Source: an uncultured bacterium
Lineage (GTDB): Bacteria; Patescibacteriota; Minisyncoccia; Phycocordibacterales; Phycocordibacteraceae
Reading direction: 5' to 3'
Assembly: GCA_903825105.1 (NCBI GenBank)
Contig: CAIJZI010000008.1
Coordinates: 8,401 to 72,400 of the forward strand
DNA: 64,000 bases
Made by a program: the position numbers and the translations under genes. Every line of letters starts with the position of its first letter. The stretch's first letter is position 1. The notes below the pieces were generated by a model. The model saw nothing but the letters and a program-made list of their open reading frames with translations, had not been told where the DNA came from and searched no databases. This document shows, in pieces, positions 1-10,159 of the stretch.

Positions 1-25
1 AACTATTTTGCGCTATAGTCTTATA

Positions 26-1984
26 GTGAAATACCTCGAAGGATTAAATGAAGCACAAAAACAAGCTGTCCTCGCTACCGACGGGCCTGTTTCTGTGCTC
101 GCGGGAGCCGGGAGCGGGAAAACGCGTGTCCTCACGACGCGCATTTATCACCTCATTCGACAAGGGGTACCGGCTGATCATATCTTGGCAGTGACATTCA
201 CCAATAAAGCTGCGCGCGAGATGCGCGGACGGGTGCGAAAGATGCTCGATTTAGGTGCAAGTGACAAGGTCCAAGGTGAAAGGAATTCTCATGACTTACC
301 CCTTACCCCTTACAACTCAAACCTACCTTTCATAGCCACCTTTCACGGCCTCGGCAGAGAATTGCTCGAGAGTTATGGAAGCGCTATAGGCATTTCACGA
401 TTTTTTAGCATTTATGATCGTGCTGATTCAGAAAAAACGGTCGCTGATGCATTAAAAGTTCTCGATGTTTCGTCAAAAGAGTTTTCGCCGAGGGCGATTA
501 TGGGCAGGATTTCGCATGCGAAAGGAGAAGGAGTGATGGTAAGTGAATTTTATGAAAAAAATGCTCACACCAGTTTCGGTAATCGCATAACTGCTGAAGT
601 GTGGCGCTCATATGAGAAAACTCTGAAAGCAGAAAAAGCGCTCGACTTCGATGATTTGATTTCTATACCCGTGCGCCTACTCGAAGAGCATAAGGATATT
701 CGTGAACAAGCACAAAATCGTTGGAAATATATTCATATTGACGAGTATCAGGATACCAACAGGTTGCAGGAGCAGTTGGCAGGAATTTTATCAGAGAAAC
801 ACAAAAATCTTTTTGTGGTAGGAGACGGCGACCAGGCGATTTATGGATGGCGAGGAGCAAAAATGGAAAATATTTTAGATTTTGAAAAAAGATACCCAGA
901 AGCGCAGACGATTATTCTTGAACAGAACTATCGTTCGACCAAGAATCTCGTTGAAGCGGCAAACGGAGTGATAGAAAAAAATAAAAATCGTAAAGAAAAA
1001 TATTCAACGACTGAAAGAGGGGAAGGGGAACCGATTGTGGTGCATCTCGCGATAAATGCTGAAGACGAGGCGCGCTGGATCGCGCTCAAGATACGCGAAT
1101 TGTCACAGCGTGGAGTGCCTTTTGAAAAAGTGGCGATACTTTTCCGTACCAACTTCCAATCGCGCGCACTTGAAGAAGGGCTGCTTCGTGCCGGTGTTCC
1201 GTATAAACTGCTCGGCACACGCTTCTTCGCGCGTAAAGAAATAAAAGATATGCTCGCGTGGATGCGGCTCGCGCTCGAGCCTTCTCGCGAGGTGGATATG
1301 TTGCGCGCGGTGGCGTCACCCGCGCGCGGAATCGGGAAGGTATTGCTCGGTAAAATCGCCGAAGGAGATCGAAGCAAACTCCGTGCGGGCGAATTGGCAA
1401 AGATAGAAGCATTCGAAAAAATCGTAAAAGAACTCTCTCTTGCGACAGAAACGCACGCGCCGTCAGAATTTGTAAAACTTGTTGTAGAAAAAAGTGGTAT
1501 GCGTCGTGCCCTTCTCGACGAGGGAAGTGAAGAAGATCGAGAGCGATTTGAAAATGTCGAAGAGCTTGCTACTGTTGCCGCGCGCTATGACGACACTCCG
1601 GGTAAAGTCGGCATATCAACCTTTCTCGCAGAATCTGCGCTCGCGAGCGATCAGGACGAGCTCGACCAAGGAGAAAAGACGGGGGTGACCTTGATGACTG
1701 TTCATGCGGCAAAAGGGCTCGAATTCAACACTGTTTTTGTGAGCGGAATGGAACAAGGCCTCTTCCCGCACGAAGGATTTGGAGAAAAAAATAGAGACGA
1801 AGAAGAAGAACGGCGGCTCTTTTATGTCGCGATGACGCGCGCAGAAGAGCGCCTTTTCCTCACACTCGCGCGGATTCGTAAGATCTACGGGAGCGATTTT
1901 ATTACCGAGCCGTCGTCATTTCTCGCCGATATCAATTCGGCGGTGATGGTTTATGATGAAACTGATGAATCAATCATCAATTAA
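26..1984 (+). CDS. pcrA: ATP-dependent DNA helicase PcrA/UvrD
   Basis: AGAGSGKT Walker A, TFTNKAA, DEYQD, NYRS, TVHAAKGLEF, EERRLFYVAMTRA motifs; GTG at 26 lies 6 nt after TATAGT. Confidence 0.95.
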   Translation: MKYLEGLNEAQKQAVLATDGPVSVLAGAGSGKTRVLTTRIYHLIRQGVPADHILAVTFTNKAAREMRGRVRKMLDLGASDKVQGERNSHDLPLTPYNSNLPFIATFHGLGRELLESYGSAIGISRFFSIYDRADSEKTVADALKVLDVSSKEFSPRAIMGRISHAKGEGVMVSEFYEKNAHTSFGNRITAEVWRSYEKTLKAEKALDFDDLISIPVRLLEEHKDIREQAQNRWKYIHIDEYQDTNRLQEQLAGILSEKHKNLFVVGDGDQAIYGWRGAKMENILDFEKRYPEAQTIILEQNYRSTKNLVEAANGVIEKNKNRKEKYSTTERGEGEPIVVHLAINAEDEARWIALKIRELSQRGVPFEKVAILFRTNFQSRALEEGLLRAGVPYKLLGTRFFARKEIKDMLAWMRLALEPSREVDMLRAVASPARGIGKVLLGKIAEGDRSKLRAGELAKIEAFEKIVKELSLATETHAPSEFVKLVVEKSGMRRALLDEGSEEDRERFENVEELATVAARYDDTPGKVGISTFLAESALASDQDELDQGEKTGVTLMTVHAAKGLEFNTVFVSGMEQGLFPHEGFGEKNRDEEEERRLFYVAMTRAEERLFLTLARIRKIYGSDFITEPSSFLADINSAVMVYDETDESIIN

Positions 1985-2813
1985 TACTGGCGCTCGCTCG
2001 CAAACCAAAAAGAGAGCGCTCCGGCCGCTTGACCAATTCAACTCTCTTTTTGGCTTGCAAGCTTCGCGCCCAAAAAAGAGCTTGGGACAAAACTTTTTAA
2101 TGCACGCACGCATCGCGAATAGGATCGCCGGCGCGGCGGAGCTCGCGCCGGAGTCGGTGGTATTTGAAATTGGTCCTGGCACAGGAATGCTCACACACGA
2201 GCTTCTCAAAATGACAGGGAAAGTTATCGCTCTCGAAGCCGATCAAGAACTTTTTGAAAAATTAAAAATTGATTTTGATACTGAAATAAAAGAAGGGAAA
2301 CTCGAATTACTGCACGGCGACATTCGCACTTTTGAAATTTCGTCACTTCCAAAAAATTATAAACTGGTCGCGAATATTCCGTATTATCTGACCGGAGAAA
2401 TTTTTAGAATGTTTCTCGAGTCACAGAATCAACCAATCTCTATGACGCTTCTGGTACAAAAAGAAGTTGCAGAAAGAATCGCACGAAGCAAGAAGGAGTC
2501 CATTTTATCTATTTCAGTAAAAGCATTTGGAACGCCCAAATATGAATTCACCGTCCCGCGTGGCGCTTTCAGACCGGCGCCAAAAGTTGATTCAGCTGTG
2601 CTCACGATTTGTGACATCTCGCGTAAGAATTTTTCTTCAAAAAAAGATGAACAATTATTTTTTGAGCTCGTTCACGCAGGCTTCGCTCACAAAAGAAAAT
2701 TCGTATTAAAGAATTTAGTCGAGGCAGGATTCCAAATAGGGAATACGGGAGAAATAAAAGAAAAAGCTCGAGCTGAAGATCTCCAATTATCAGATTGGCT
2801 CGGGCTAATTTAA
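1965..2813 (+). CDS. rsmA: 16S rRNA m6,2A dimethyltransferase RsmA/KsgA (start uncertain)
   Basis: KKSLGQNFL, EIGPGTG, VANIPYY, QKEVAERI, FRPAPKVDSAV motifs. Confidence 0.93.
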   Translation: MNQSSINTGARSQTKKRALRPLDQFNSLFGLQASRPKKSLGQNFLMHARIANRIAGAAELAPESVVFEIGPGTGMLTHELLKMTGKVIALEADQELFEKLKIDFDTEIKEGKLELLHGDIRTFEISSLPKNYKLVANIPYYLTGEIFRMFLESQNQPISMTLLVQKEVAERIARSKKESILSISVKAFGTPKYEFTVPRGAFRPAPKVDSAVLTICDISRKNFSSKKDEQLFFELVHAGFAHKRKFVLKNLVEAGFQIGNTGEIKEKARAEDLQLSDWLGLI

Positions 2814-3181
2814 AAAGACGATACGAAAGGCGTCATCAACCCATAAGAAGGTACCGGTGTACAAAAAGGCAACATAAGGCAAACGCCAAACACTGGGATT
2901 ATCCCCGGAATATATTTACCCATTATGTATGTTGCGGTCGGCACATTGTACATAGGGTAAAGTTGAGAATAGGGTCTGTATATTAATAACAAAGGCACGG
3001 ATGGCGGTATTGGCATTATGGTAAGTAACCAAGTCTGGCTACAAGTACAATATGTTGCGTTTGTTCTAATCCCTGAAAAAGGGATTCCTTTATCTAAATT
3101 TACAGCAAATGCTCTCGTGGGGAGTATTAGATTAGAAATTAAAAATATAATTAGTGTAAAAAACAGGAATCGAGTATGCAT
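2810..3181 (-). CDS. Cys-containing secreted hypothetical protein
   Basis: 123-aa ORF with signal-peptide-like N-terminus and CxC motif; TACTAT -10 six nt before ATG. Confidence 0.6.
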   Translation of the reverse strand: MHTRFLFFTLIIFLISNLILPTRAFAVNLDKGIPFSGIRTNATYCTCSQTWLLTIMPIPPSVPLLLIYRPYSQLYPMYNVPTATYIMGKYIPGIIPVFGVCLMLPFCTPVPSYGLMTPFVSSF

Positions 3182-3257
3182 ATTTATATAGTATCACCTG
3201 TTGGTGTAGATAACTGCCTCATTTACACTCATTACTGGTATACTTTATAGCGATACC

Positions 3258-4295
3258 ATGGGAAGAATTATAAAAAATTGGCCCATAACTATTGCAACGC
3301 TATTTTCGCTGTTTTTAATTGTCGGTGCCTTTATTCTCGCGCGCGACGCGATTTCGCCTTCAGTCGTTCAAGCATCGACAGAAACCGCTTTGTTGAAGGC
3401 AATAGCGACAAAAGATTCTACGGGTGACGGCTTGCCAGATTGGGAAAAGTCTTTGTATGGCATTCCGCTTAATGCGACAACTACCGATTATTTTAATCTT
3501 GGGATGACAGACGGCGAAGCTGTCGCGAGAGGGCTTATTGTCCCAAGGGCGATTGCTGATATTAAAGTCGCTGCCTCGCCAACAACCTCGTATGATTTAA
3601 ATGATGATTCTCTGCCACCAGCACCAGCTGATGATACGCTCACAGCCGCATTCGCGAAGAATTTTATGACGCTTTATCTTTCTGCAAAAGAACAGAATGG
3701 TGGAGCAGACCTTTCTGAAAGTGATATAGCCAATCTTTCAAAACAAGTGATGGATTCTCTCACTTCATCTATCTCTGTTGCCCCTGACTTTAAGTCAGCA
3801 AAAGATATAAAAGTTTCAGGGTCTGGTGCGGATGCGCTCAAAGCCTTTGCAGTAAGTGCAGAAGCTGTCTTCGCAGCTAATCAGAGTAGTGCCACGACAA
3901 GCGAATTATTCTATCTACAAAATGTGGTTCAAAATAACGATAATTCAGCCATTCCGTATCTCATTTCTCTCGCGAAATCTTATAGAAATAACGCAGTCGG
4001 GCTCTCGACACTGCTTGTGCCACAAGAGCTAGCTTCTGATGATCTCGCTATTGTGAATGCATTGATGCGAATAAGTGGAATCACGAGCGATTTTGCCCGC
4101 GTGAATGACGATCCTCTCGCGGCGATGCTCGCTCTTAATCAGTATCCAGGCGCAGTGTTAAATCTTAAAAATGCTTTTACAAATATAGGAAATATCTATA
4201 AAACAGCGGGTATTTCTCTTAAGGCGGGCACACCCGGCGCGTCATTTGTAAATGTGATTGGTAAAGTTAATGCAAAGCAGCAAGAAAAGATATGA
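3258..4295 (+). CDS. Membrane-anchored hypothetical protein with a TSP3-like Ca-binding motif
   Basis: N-terminal TM helix, DSTGDGLPDWE motif. Confidence 0.7.
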   Translation: MGRIIKNWPITIATLFSLFLIVGAFILARDAISPSVVQASTETALLKAIATKDSTGDGLPDWEKSLYGIPLNATTTDYFNLGMTDGEAVARGLIVPRAIADIKVAASPTTSYDLNDDSLPPAPADDTLTAAFAKNFMTLYLSAKEQNGGADLSESDIANLSKQVMDSLTSSISVAPDFKSAKDIKVSGSGADALKAFAVSAEAVFAANQSSATTSELFYLQNVVQNNDNSAIPYLISLAKSYRNNAVGLSTLLVPQELASDDLAIVNALMRISGITSDFARVNDDPLAAMLALNQYPGAVLNLKNAFTNIGNIYKTAGISLKAGTPGASFVNVIGKVNAKQQEKI

Positions 4296-6094
4296 AAAAA
4301 CAACTTAAAAGGGACATTTTGATAGCATCAACAGCGTTCACATTTTTTGTCGCGTCATCAGTATTTTTTATGTACCCACAAAAGGTTAGGGCGGGGGGAA
4401 TCCCTGTTTACGATCCTCTTAATCACATCGTAAATGTCATTACTTCTATCGCTGCGCCAATCACTTCAGCGTCTACACTGTTGTCCCAAATCAACTCCTA
4501 TGTTCTTCAGCCAATCGCGCTTACCTTGTCTGGGAATATATTGAAGTCGATGACGGCGAGCGCGACTTCATTTGTCAACGGGAAGAGTAATGGCACCGGT
4601 ATGCCGCAGTTTGTCACCAGTCTCCAAAACCAGTTACAGAAGACGGGAGATGTGCAGGCGCTTGCCTTCTTTTCGAATCTGAAAAATTCTAATTCACCAT
4701 TCGCGGCCTCAATCACCTCTTCTTTGAAAAATAAGTATCTCGAGAGTACCAGTCTTGCCGGGTTCTTCTCTGCGAATCAGTGCACGCTTTCTAAATCTTC
4801 TAAAAACATAAACTCTTTTCTCGCGGGTAATTGGTCTCAAGGAGGTGTCGGTGCGTGGCTCTCTCTCACGACACAAGATCAAAACAATCCCTACACGCTC
4901 TATGAAAAGGCACAGAACCAGCTCGCTTCTGTGGTAAACGCTGCACAAACAGAGAAGACCACACAGCTTAACTGGGGGCAGGGAATGCTCTCATGGTGTG
5001 GAAATGTATCGAGCTCGAGCTCTGGCTCTACGGGTGGTTCTGTGGATCCAACTTCAAGCACAGTAGACACACAAATAGACATGACTTGTTCTAATAACCA
5101 ACAGTGTCCAGGAGTTCTCGTGTGTATTTCTGGTAAATGTATAGACGATCCATTGACTACAACTTCAAGCACAATAGATACGCAAATAAACAATATAAGT
5201 ACAAAAAATCTAGATTTAAGCAATGTTAAAAACGACATCAATTCTGCTGCCTCCGCAAAATCCTTAAGCGCAGGGGACCCGTGTACCAAGAAAGATGGCT
5301 CCCCGGGCCAAATAAAAACGCCAGGCTCGGTTATTTCAGGCGCTCTTGGCAAAGCGCTCGGCGTCGAGCAGGATAAGCTCGCTCAACTAGGTAGTGCAGG
5401 CACAGAAATAAATAAACTTATGTCGAGTGTCGGGGATGTGCTGAAGTCGATGTCTATAATGACGAGTGTCGTCAACGGAGCTACTGGCGGGCTTCTTGGC
5501 GTTACCAATACCTCTGCTACCGACAGAACCTCTGAATTCTCGCAGTATGATTCAAGTGGATTCTTGGGCGCAACAGCCACCACATCAACAAAAAGTACTG
5601 ATAGCTTCGCTGTCTCTCCTTCTGTAATGACGAGTAACATCGCGCGGTATCAGGCGGCATGGAACACTATCAGCACAGCGGCGAACACTGCATCCACAAC
5701 AGTGGCGAGCCTTTTAAACACTTGTGCATCAAGCGCGAGCGAAGCACAGACCGCGCTCGATACAGAAATCGCTCCCGTTTTGAAACATGCTGCCCAAGCA
5801 ACGGTGAATATTTCACAAGCGAATGACCTACTACAGCAGATCCAAATTGATTTAGAAGACAATTCTTCTGGCACAGCATATACCAGTGATATGGTGACGC
5901 TTCAGACGACACCGCCGACGAGTGCGGATGTTTCGAATGCAGAACAAAATGCTCAAATTACAGAGTTCGCGACAACAGCAGACCCTAATTCGACCAATTC
6001 TCTCACTGTTTCTGGGGCGTCAATCCTCGACCAAATGATTCTTCTCACAACGAATGCCAACGCGCTCAAGGCCTCCTGCGGTTCTGGTATATGA
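4292..6094 (+). CDS. Secreted protein with VirB5/TrbJ-like N-terminal motif and a Cys-rich insert
   Basis: Signal peptide followed by GIPVYDPLN; Ser/Thr-rich; overlaps neighbours by ATGA. Confidence 0.6.
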   Translation: MKKQLKRDILIASTAFTFFVASSVFFMYPQKVRAGGIPVYDPLNHIVNVITSIAAPITSASTLLSQINSYVLQPIALTLSGNILKSMTASATSFVNGKSNGTGMPQFVTSLQNQLQKTGDVQALAFFSNLKNSNSPFAASITSSLKNKYLESTSLAGFFSANQCTLSKSSKNINSFLAGNWSQGGVGAWLSLTTQDQNNPYTLYEKAQNQLASVVNAAQTEKTTQLNWGQGMLSWCGNVSSSSSGSTGGSVDPTSSTVDTQIDMTCSNNQQCPGVLVCISGKCIDDPLTTTSSTIDTQINNISTKNLDLSNVKNDINSAASAKSLSAGDPCTKKDGSPGQIKTPGSVISGALGKALGVEQDKLAQLGSAGTEINKLMSSVGDVLKSMSIMTSVVNGATGGLLGVTNTSATDRTSEFSQYDSSGFLGATATTSTKSTDSFAVSPSVMTSNIARYQAAWNTISTAANTASTTVASLLNTCASSASEAQTALDTEIAPVLKHAAQATVNISQANDLLQQIQIDLEDNSSGTAYTSDMVTLQTTPPTSADVSNAEQNAQITEFATTADPNSTNSLTVSGASILDQMILLTTNANALKASCGSGI

Positions 6095-8829
6095 TTATGA
6101 AAAAAATTCTCACGCTTTCATTCTTCGCTCTCGCACTATCTATTTTTGTATTTACATCTGCTGGTCACGCTCCGAGCGTGCATGCGCAAGCTGTTTGCAA
6201 GATAAATGCAGATTGTGCTACAGACTTCGTCTGTGCTTCAGGTACTTGTGTCCCACTATCAACAACTTCATCAATAATAGATACACAAATAGATACAACT
6301 TGTGCGAATGACCAGCAGTGCCCCGCAGGTCTTGTTTGTACCTCAGGTAAATGTGTAGACTCTGGCACTGACTCTGGCACTGCCGCGGCTTCTGCGAAGC
6401 CTGCCAGCGATGCGGGCACGAAGAACCCGACAAGTAATTTGCCACAGCTGCAAGACACCAGCGGAGCTCTCGGCTCGGTGATGAAGTACATAATGACCAT
6501 ATTCGCGTGGCTTCTCGGTATCGCTGCGATCACGCTCGATAATGCGGTCTACTACACCGTCATCACGATGGGGAATTATGTAAGCAATTTAAATGCCATC
6601 GGAGTAACTTGGCGCATACTGCGAGACATTGGCAACATTGCCTTCATCTTTGGATTTTTGATGATCGGTATCAACATCATTTTAGGTACCAACTTATACG
6701 GATGGGGACAAAAATTGATCTCGACGCTTCTTATCTCAGCGATTTGTCTGAACTTCTCGCTCTTCGCGACAGAGGCGATTATCGATGTGGGGAACTTATT
6801 CGCGACACAATTTTATACACAAATAAACGGTGGAGTGCCGGCACAGTCGACAGATCTTTTAAGCGCGAGCAATATTAATAATGAAGTCATTTCGAATAAA
6901 ATATTGTCCCAATTAGGGCTCGCGACTATTTATGGCAGGGCACTCACCAATACTGATGGATTCTTAGCGAATTCCACCGCGACAACGCTTGTCAGCTTTA
7001 TGAGCATTATCTTATTCCTTATCGCGGCGTTCGTGATGTTCTCGCTCGCTTTTATCCTTATCGCGCGGTTCGTTATTCTTATTTTTGTCATTATAGTTTC
7101 TCCTATTGCTGTAGCAGGGTTCGCTATACCTCCACTCGCCAAGCTTAAAGACAGTTGGATGAGTGCTCTCCTTGGGGAGACAATGACTGCGCCAGTACTC
7201 CTATTATTGTTGTATGTCGCTCTGGCTATTATCACGGATGCAAAATTTCTCGCTTTTGGTTCAGACAAGGCGGATTGGCTAGGCTTTGTAGAAAGTAGCG
7301 GTGGGGCAATGAATCTGACCGGCATGGCGGGGCTTATTCTCTCATTTATTGTAGCGATGGGGCTCCTGCTCGCTGTGGTTATGTATTCTAAAAAGCTCGG
7401 CGCCTTCGGCGCGAGCTGGGCATCGAAAACAGCGGGGAAGTTAACCTTCGGCGCGACCGCCTGGGGGATGCGACAAACAGCCGGAAGAGCATCACAACGA
7501 TTGTCGAATTATACTCGTGCGAATTTTGGAGGCAGTGTTCTCGGGAGAATTACTGCTGGTGGTTTCGACAAGGTCGCGGCGGGGAGTTTCGATGTACGCG
7601 GGTCGAATGCGTGGATTTCTGGGACGAAGGCTCTTGGCGGCGTTGAGGCTGGGGAAGCACAGAAGGGTGGCTTTAAAGCAATGCGGGATAATACAGTTAA
7701 GGAACACGAAGCATATCTTAAGACGGTCACTTCAGCGATTGAAGATAAGAATCTTAAAAAGACAACGGCAGCTGCGCAGGCACGAGATGTTGCTGAGGCA
7801 GCAGCAGCAAAAGAATTCAAAGAAGTAGAAGAACCGATAAAAGATATTAATAAAAAGATTACCGCAAACAATGAAGAGATTGGGAAATTAGAGAAAGCAG
7901 AAAAAGGTCTAGCCCCTCTCGTCGAAACGCAAAAGAAGGCAAGTGAAAGTTTCCAAAAAGCTGACGCAAAATTTGTACAAGCAACAGCAGAAAAAGAACA
8001 AAAAGAAAAAGAACAAGCAACGGCGCAAGAACAAAAAGCTGCTATTGAGGCTGAGCAAAATACGGCAGAAACAGAAGTCGAGAAGAAAAAGGCAGAAGTC
8101 GCGAGCTTGTTAGAAGCCAAAGAACGAGAAGAAAAATTCTCTCCAAACGGCAGAATGACCGAAGAAACTGAAAAGAATCTCGCGATTGCCCAGCAGAATC
8201 TCGCGGCTTCTCAAGCAGCTCTCACTGAAGCGGATGGTCGCCTAGAAAAAGCAGCAAAAGAGCTTGATGAAAAGGAAAAGGCTACAACAATAGCGGCTGG
8301 TAATCATAAAACAGCAAGAGAAACCAGAGAATCCGCTGGAGAAAGCCTTCGTGGAGTCACGGAAAAAGTTTCGAAAGAAGAGGAAAAACATAAACTCGGG
8401 ACACTCGACCAAGTTACTGGAAAATTAGCTACTTCTAAGGAAGATCTCGAAGCAAATAAAGGCGAATTACAAAAGAAGTCGAAGACACTCAATGAATTAA
8501 AAGGAAAGCTCAAAGATGCTGTCGACGCAGAAAAGAAACTGAGCGGCGAAATATCGGAAAAGCAAAAAAAGGCACAAGAAGGATATGCCAGCAGTATTTC
8601 TGGAGTCATGGGTCTCGCGTATGGTCCTGGAGGCGGCATTGCTGCTAAGAAGATAATTAAAGGAGCGATTAAAAAAGATAATAGTCTTGATAAGATTAAG
8701 AAGTTATTGGGAGAAAAAAGCGAAGATGATATGCTCGCTGATGCATACAAAGCGCAGTTAAAAAAACAAGTTGAAGAAGAAGCTGAAAAGACAGCAAAAT
8801 CAGCAGAACCGGCCGCACCAACTGCTTAG
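6091..8829 (+). CDS. Large VirB6/TrbL-like polytopic membrane protein with C-terminal coiled coil
   Basis: WRILRDIGN...NFS...IIDVGN, R-x-VIL...SPIA TM core typical of CPR VirB6-like proteins; long E/K/A-rich tail. Confidence 0.7.
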   Translation: MIMKKILTLSFFALALSIFVFTSAGHAPSVHAQAVCKINADCATDFVCASGTCVPLSTTSSIIDTQIDTTCANDQQCPAGLVCTSGKCVDSGTDSGTAAASAKPASDAGTKNPTSNLPQLQDTSGALGSVMKYIMTIFAWLLGIAAITLDNAVYYTVITMGNYVSNLNAIGVTWRILRDIGNIAFIFGFLMIGINIILGTNLYGWGQKLISTLLISAICLNFSLFATEAIIDVGNLFATQFYTQINGGVPAQSTDLLSASNINNEVISNKILSQLGLATIYGRALTNTDGFLANSTATTLVSFMSIILFLIAAFVMFSLAFILIARFVILIFVIIVSPIAVAGFAIPPLAKLKDSWMSALLGETMTAPVLLLLLYVALAIITDAKFLAFGSDKADWLGFVESSGGAMNLTGMAGLILSFIVAMGLLLAVVMYSKKLGAFGASWASKTAGKLTFGATAWGMRQTAGRASQRLSNYTRANFGGSVLGRITAGGFDKVAAGSFDVRGSNAWISGTKALGGVEAGEAQKGGFKAMRDNTVKEHEAYLKTVTSAIEDKNLKKTTAAAQARDVAEAAAAKEFKEVEEPIKDINKKITANNEEIGKLEKAEKGLAPLVETQKKASESFQKADAKFVQATAEKEQKEKEQATAQEQKAAIEAEQNTAETEVEKKKAEVASLLEAKEREEKFSPNGRMTEETEKNLAIAQQNLAASQAALTEADGRLEKAAKELDEKEKATTIAAGNHKTARETRESAGESLRGVTEKVSKEEEKHKLGTLDQVTGKLATSKEDLEANKGELQKKSKTLNELKGKLKDAVDAEKKLSGEISEKQKKAQEGYASSISGVMGLAYGPGGGIAAKKIIKGAIKKDNSLDKIKKLLGEKSEDDMLADAYKAQLKKQVEEEAEKTAKSAEPAAPTA

Positions 8830-8862
8830 GCGACGCCGCCAGCACCATAAAATTTAATCACT

Positions 8863-9624
8863 ATGGACACACAAGAACCAACACTCGATGAAAGTATCCA
8901 GCAGGTGATGCAGACCTTGCCGCCCGTGATTCGTGATTATCTTTCAGCAGGGAAGTACACAGAGGTTGCGAAAGGTTTAATCACGAAATATGGGCTCCAT
9001 GTCGATCAGGGAGGCATTCTCGAACGCGAGATAATGTTGCTTTTGATGGGTATCGAGAACCCAACAGAATTTATAAATGCGCTTATTGAAGAGGCGAAGC
9101 TCGATGCGAAGGTTGTAGAGAACATTGTGAAGGATGTGAATGACCAAATCTTCGCTCCACTTAAAGAAGCAGAGATGAAGAGCGACACTACCGAGCCAGA
9201 GCCAAGTCATTTTCATTTAGAAAATAAAATTCCTCATCCAGTTCCTGCGCCAGTGAGAAATGAGATTCACCACCCGCCACTCGGGCCCGCGGCAGCCGTC
9301 ACGGCGCCAGCTCCTGCCATTACTCCTGTTGAAGCGCCCAAACTCTTGGCGGAGGAGAAGCTGCTTGAAGACCATGAAGAGCCGCATCTAGATGTAAGGG
9401 ATAAGGTGCAAGCCCCGACGCAAGAAGTCGTGGCCCCGACCGGGAGCGTCGGGGGTATAAACTTAATACCCTTTCCGCCGAAAAAGATTGTGCCACCACC
9501 CCATCCTTTGCCAGAGGCTACGGAGGGCACAGCAGAAAAACCAATTTCTCCGACTCCACCTAAAGTCCCGCCACCTCCAGTCAAACCGTATTCAGTTGAT
9601 CCTTATCGCGAACCGATCGAATAA
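8863..9624 (+). CDS. Pro-rich hypothetical protein ending in DPYREPIE
   Basis: 253-aa ORF, helical N-domain plus disordered Pro-rich tail. Confidence 0.75.
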   Translation: MDTQEPTLDESIQQVMQTLPPVIRDYLSAGKYTEVAKGLITKYGLHVDQGGILEREIMLLLMGIENPTEFINALIEEAKLDAKVVENIVKDVNDQIFAPLKEAEMKSDTTEPEPSHFHLENKIPHPVPAPVRNEIHHPPLGPAAAVTAPAPAITPVEAPKLLAEEKLLEDHEEPHLDVRDKVQAPTQEVVAPTGSVGGINLIPFPPKKIVPPPHPLPEATEGTAEKPISPTPPKVPPPPVKPYSVDPYREPIE

Positions 9625-9649
9625 AACATCGCGGTGGCAAGTGCTGGGG

Positions 9650-9678
9650 TTGCATTTTCTCAGCAATTCCATTATATT
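9650..9678 (+). promoter_or_regulatory. sigma70 promoter of rpsL
   Basis: TTGCAT-17-TATATT followed by short hairpin GACCCCCTGAGGGTC. Confidence 0.65.
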
Positions 9679-9711
9679 GTTCTTGACCCCCTGAGGGTCT
9701 TCTTTTTCTAA

Positions 9712-10119
9712 ATGTCCACCATCAATCAACTTTCTCGAAAGGGCCGAAAGAACAAAGCGTCTAAGACGAGCGTGCTCGCGCTTACCCGCGGTTTTAATAC
9801 ACTTAAGAATCGACCGACTTTTTATCCGTCTCCGTTTAAGAGAGGGGTCTGCACCAAGGTCACGACCAAGACGCCTCGTAAGCCGAACTCCGCTATTCGA
9901 AAGATCGCGCGCGTGCGCCTCACGAACGGTATGGAGGTCACAGCTTACATCCCAGGCATCGGGCACAACCTTCAGGAACACTCAGTCGTTCTGCTTCGCG
10001 GTGGCCGTGTTAAGGACATCGGCGTGCAGTACACGATCGTTCGCGGGAAGCTCGACACAACTGGCGTCGACAAACGCCGCAAAGCGCGCTCACGATACGG
10101 AGCGAAGAAGCCGAAATAA
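9712..10119 (+). CDS. rpsL: 30S ribosomal protein S12
   Basis: [33 protein letters not shown]. Confidence 0.98.
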   Translation: MSTINQLSRKGRKNKASKTSVLALTRGFNTLKNRPTFYPSPFKRGVCTKVTTKTPRKPNSAIRKIARVRLTNGMEVTAYIPGIGHNLQEHSVVLLRGGRVKDIGVQYTIVRGKLDTTGVDKRRKARSRYGAKKPK

Positions 10120-10159
10120 TCTTTTATTTTTAAATATTTAAACATTTAAATATCTTTAT

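Noticed and set aside
8827-8850. Stop-codon recoding or readthrough (TAG followed in-frame by ATPPAP-TAA)
   Set aside because: Conserved genes end normally at TAG, TGA and TAA under code 11; more likely a recent nonsense change trimming a disordered tail.
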